This document shows positions 62,907-64,000 of a stretch of 64,000 nucleotides of DNA, piece after piece (the first letter of the stretch is position 1; every line of letters starts with the position of its first letter). The notes beneath the pieces were generated by a model that searched no databases, had not been told where the DNA came from, and worked only from the letters and a program-made list of their open reading frames with translations. The stretch lies in contig CALVOG010000003.1 in NCBI GenBank assembly GCA_944350265.1, positions 25,341 through 89,340 on the forward strand, given 5' to 3'. Both the position numbers and the translations under genes were made by a program. This stretch comes from an uncultured Clostridia bacterium. Its GTDB lineage: Bacteria; Bacillota; Clostridia; Christensenellales; UBA1242.

Positions 62907-63032
62907 ATTATCTCCTTTCAATCTACTATATAATTTAACATTTTTTGCGAAAAATTGCAACATATTTACGGAAATTTACACTGTTACACGTGACAAATTA
63001 AAATATGAATGAATTTTCTTAGTTACCCTCAA

Positions 63033-63108
63033 CAACTTCACATAGGTCTATAAATTTTTTAAATATCCACAACTTCACAGAGGTCTATTAATTTCTTAAA
63101 ATATCCAC
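63033..63108. repeat. ~38-bp tandem duplication
   Basis: AACTTCACA(T/G)AGGTCTAT..ATTT.TT.AAATATCCAC, two copies. Confidence 0.7.
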
Positions 63109-63335
63109 CTATTTGATAAGCTCATTTATTTTCAATATTCTTAATTTTTATATTTATTCTTAACTTGATGATGTGACATTTTCTTAGTTTTTAAAGATGC
63201 AATTTTTGTTAAAAATCTTGTTTTTATAAAAAATCTAATTGATTTTAATAAAAATTTTATTTTTCTTCAAAAAAATTGCTATTTTATCGAAAAATTGCTA
63301 CTTTTTATTAAAAAAATTACTATTTATTATCAAAT

Positions 63336-63779
63336 CTATTTTTCTTTTTTCTCTAAAATTATTGTCACAGGGCCGTAGTTTTCTTGCAAGATTTGCATAT
63401 CCGCACCAAAGACACCTGTTTTTGTCGGTGCGGTTTTATTCAATTCGCTCGCAAGAAGCAAATAAATTTTGTTTGCCCGCTCTGGCGTTTCCGCGGTTGT
63501 AAATGAAGGACGAAATCCGTGGCTTGCATCGCCCGCTAGGGTAAATTGCGAAATCAGCAAAATCTCCCCGCCAACATCTTTAACCGACAAATTCATTTTT
63601 CCAAATGCATCACTAAAAATTCGAAGATTAGCAATTTTGTTAGAAAAATACAAAATTAAGCCCTCGGCATCATCTTTTTCAACGCAAAAATAGACAACTA
63701 AGCCTCGCCCAATTTTTGAAATTAACTTTTCATCCACTTTAAGTTCCGCACTTTTCACGCGCTGAATAACCGCTTTCAC
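63336..63779 (-). CDS. dtd: D-aminoacyl-tRNA deacylase
   Basis: KAVIQRV, SQFTL, FGADM and N.GPVT motifs; GTG start after AGGAGG. Confidence 0.95.
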   Translation of the reverse strand: MKAVIQRVKSAELKVDEKLISKIGRGLVVYFCVEKDDAEGLILYFSNKIANLRIFSDAFGKMNLSVKDVGGEILLISQFTLAGDASHGFRPSFTTAETPERANKIYLLLASELNKTAPTKTGVFGADMQILQENYGPVTIILEKKEK

Positions 63780-64000
63780 AATTTCCTCCTTTTTTATTTT
63801 ATCATAAGAATTAATAAAAAATAATTTTTCATTAAAACATACAATTTTTTGTAACAACAAATTAAGTTAGTGTTTTTTAACAAAAATTTGAGAGTTTCTA
63901 TGTTTTTCAAAGCAAATTAAATTTCACATAACTAGAAAATACTCTTGTAGAAATGTTAAACCTCGCATTAATAGTAACAAATCAAGGCTTACAGACAACC

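Overview
This is a core chromosomal segment of a low-GC, spore-forming Firmicute; gene order and content suggest a streamlined Clostridia-type lineage (inference). Sporulation genes: spoIIAA-AB-sigF, ylbJ, gpr, spoIIE, a collagen-like exosporium gene and a yjzC-like gene. Housekeeping content: tRNA-Pro and tRNA-Ile2, pta-ackA-rpmF, sufCB-like, miaB-mutS-mutL-miaA-ynbB, the str operon, priA-def-fmt-rlmN-rsgA-rpe, mtaB/rsmE, acpS-mazF, ttcA, degV, tilS and dtd. I found no prophage, transposase or CRISPR-Cas. The most unusual signals are: (1) a tandem pair of SigE/SigK-like sigma factors carrying one and two extra sigma-4-like HTH modules, with divergent promoter-recognition regions; (2) orphan 'DF-motif' proteins, two of them inserted between rpsG and fusA and three domain copies at 3.5-5.6 kb; (3) a modular REP-like repeat family with about 10 core copies in five clusters; (4) many apparently leaderless genes; (5) a mazF operon with a non-canonical upstream partner, a sigG-like promoter and an upstream repeat array; (6) a MiaB lacking its TRAM domain. 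All calls come from reading the sequence by eye; no searches were run.
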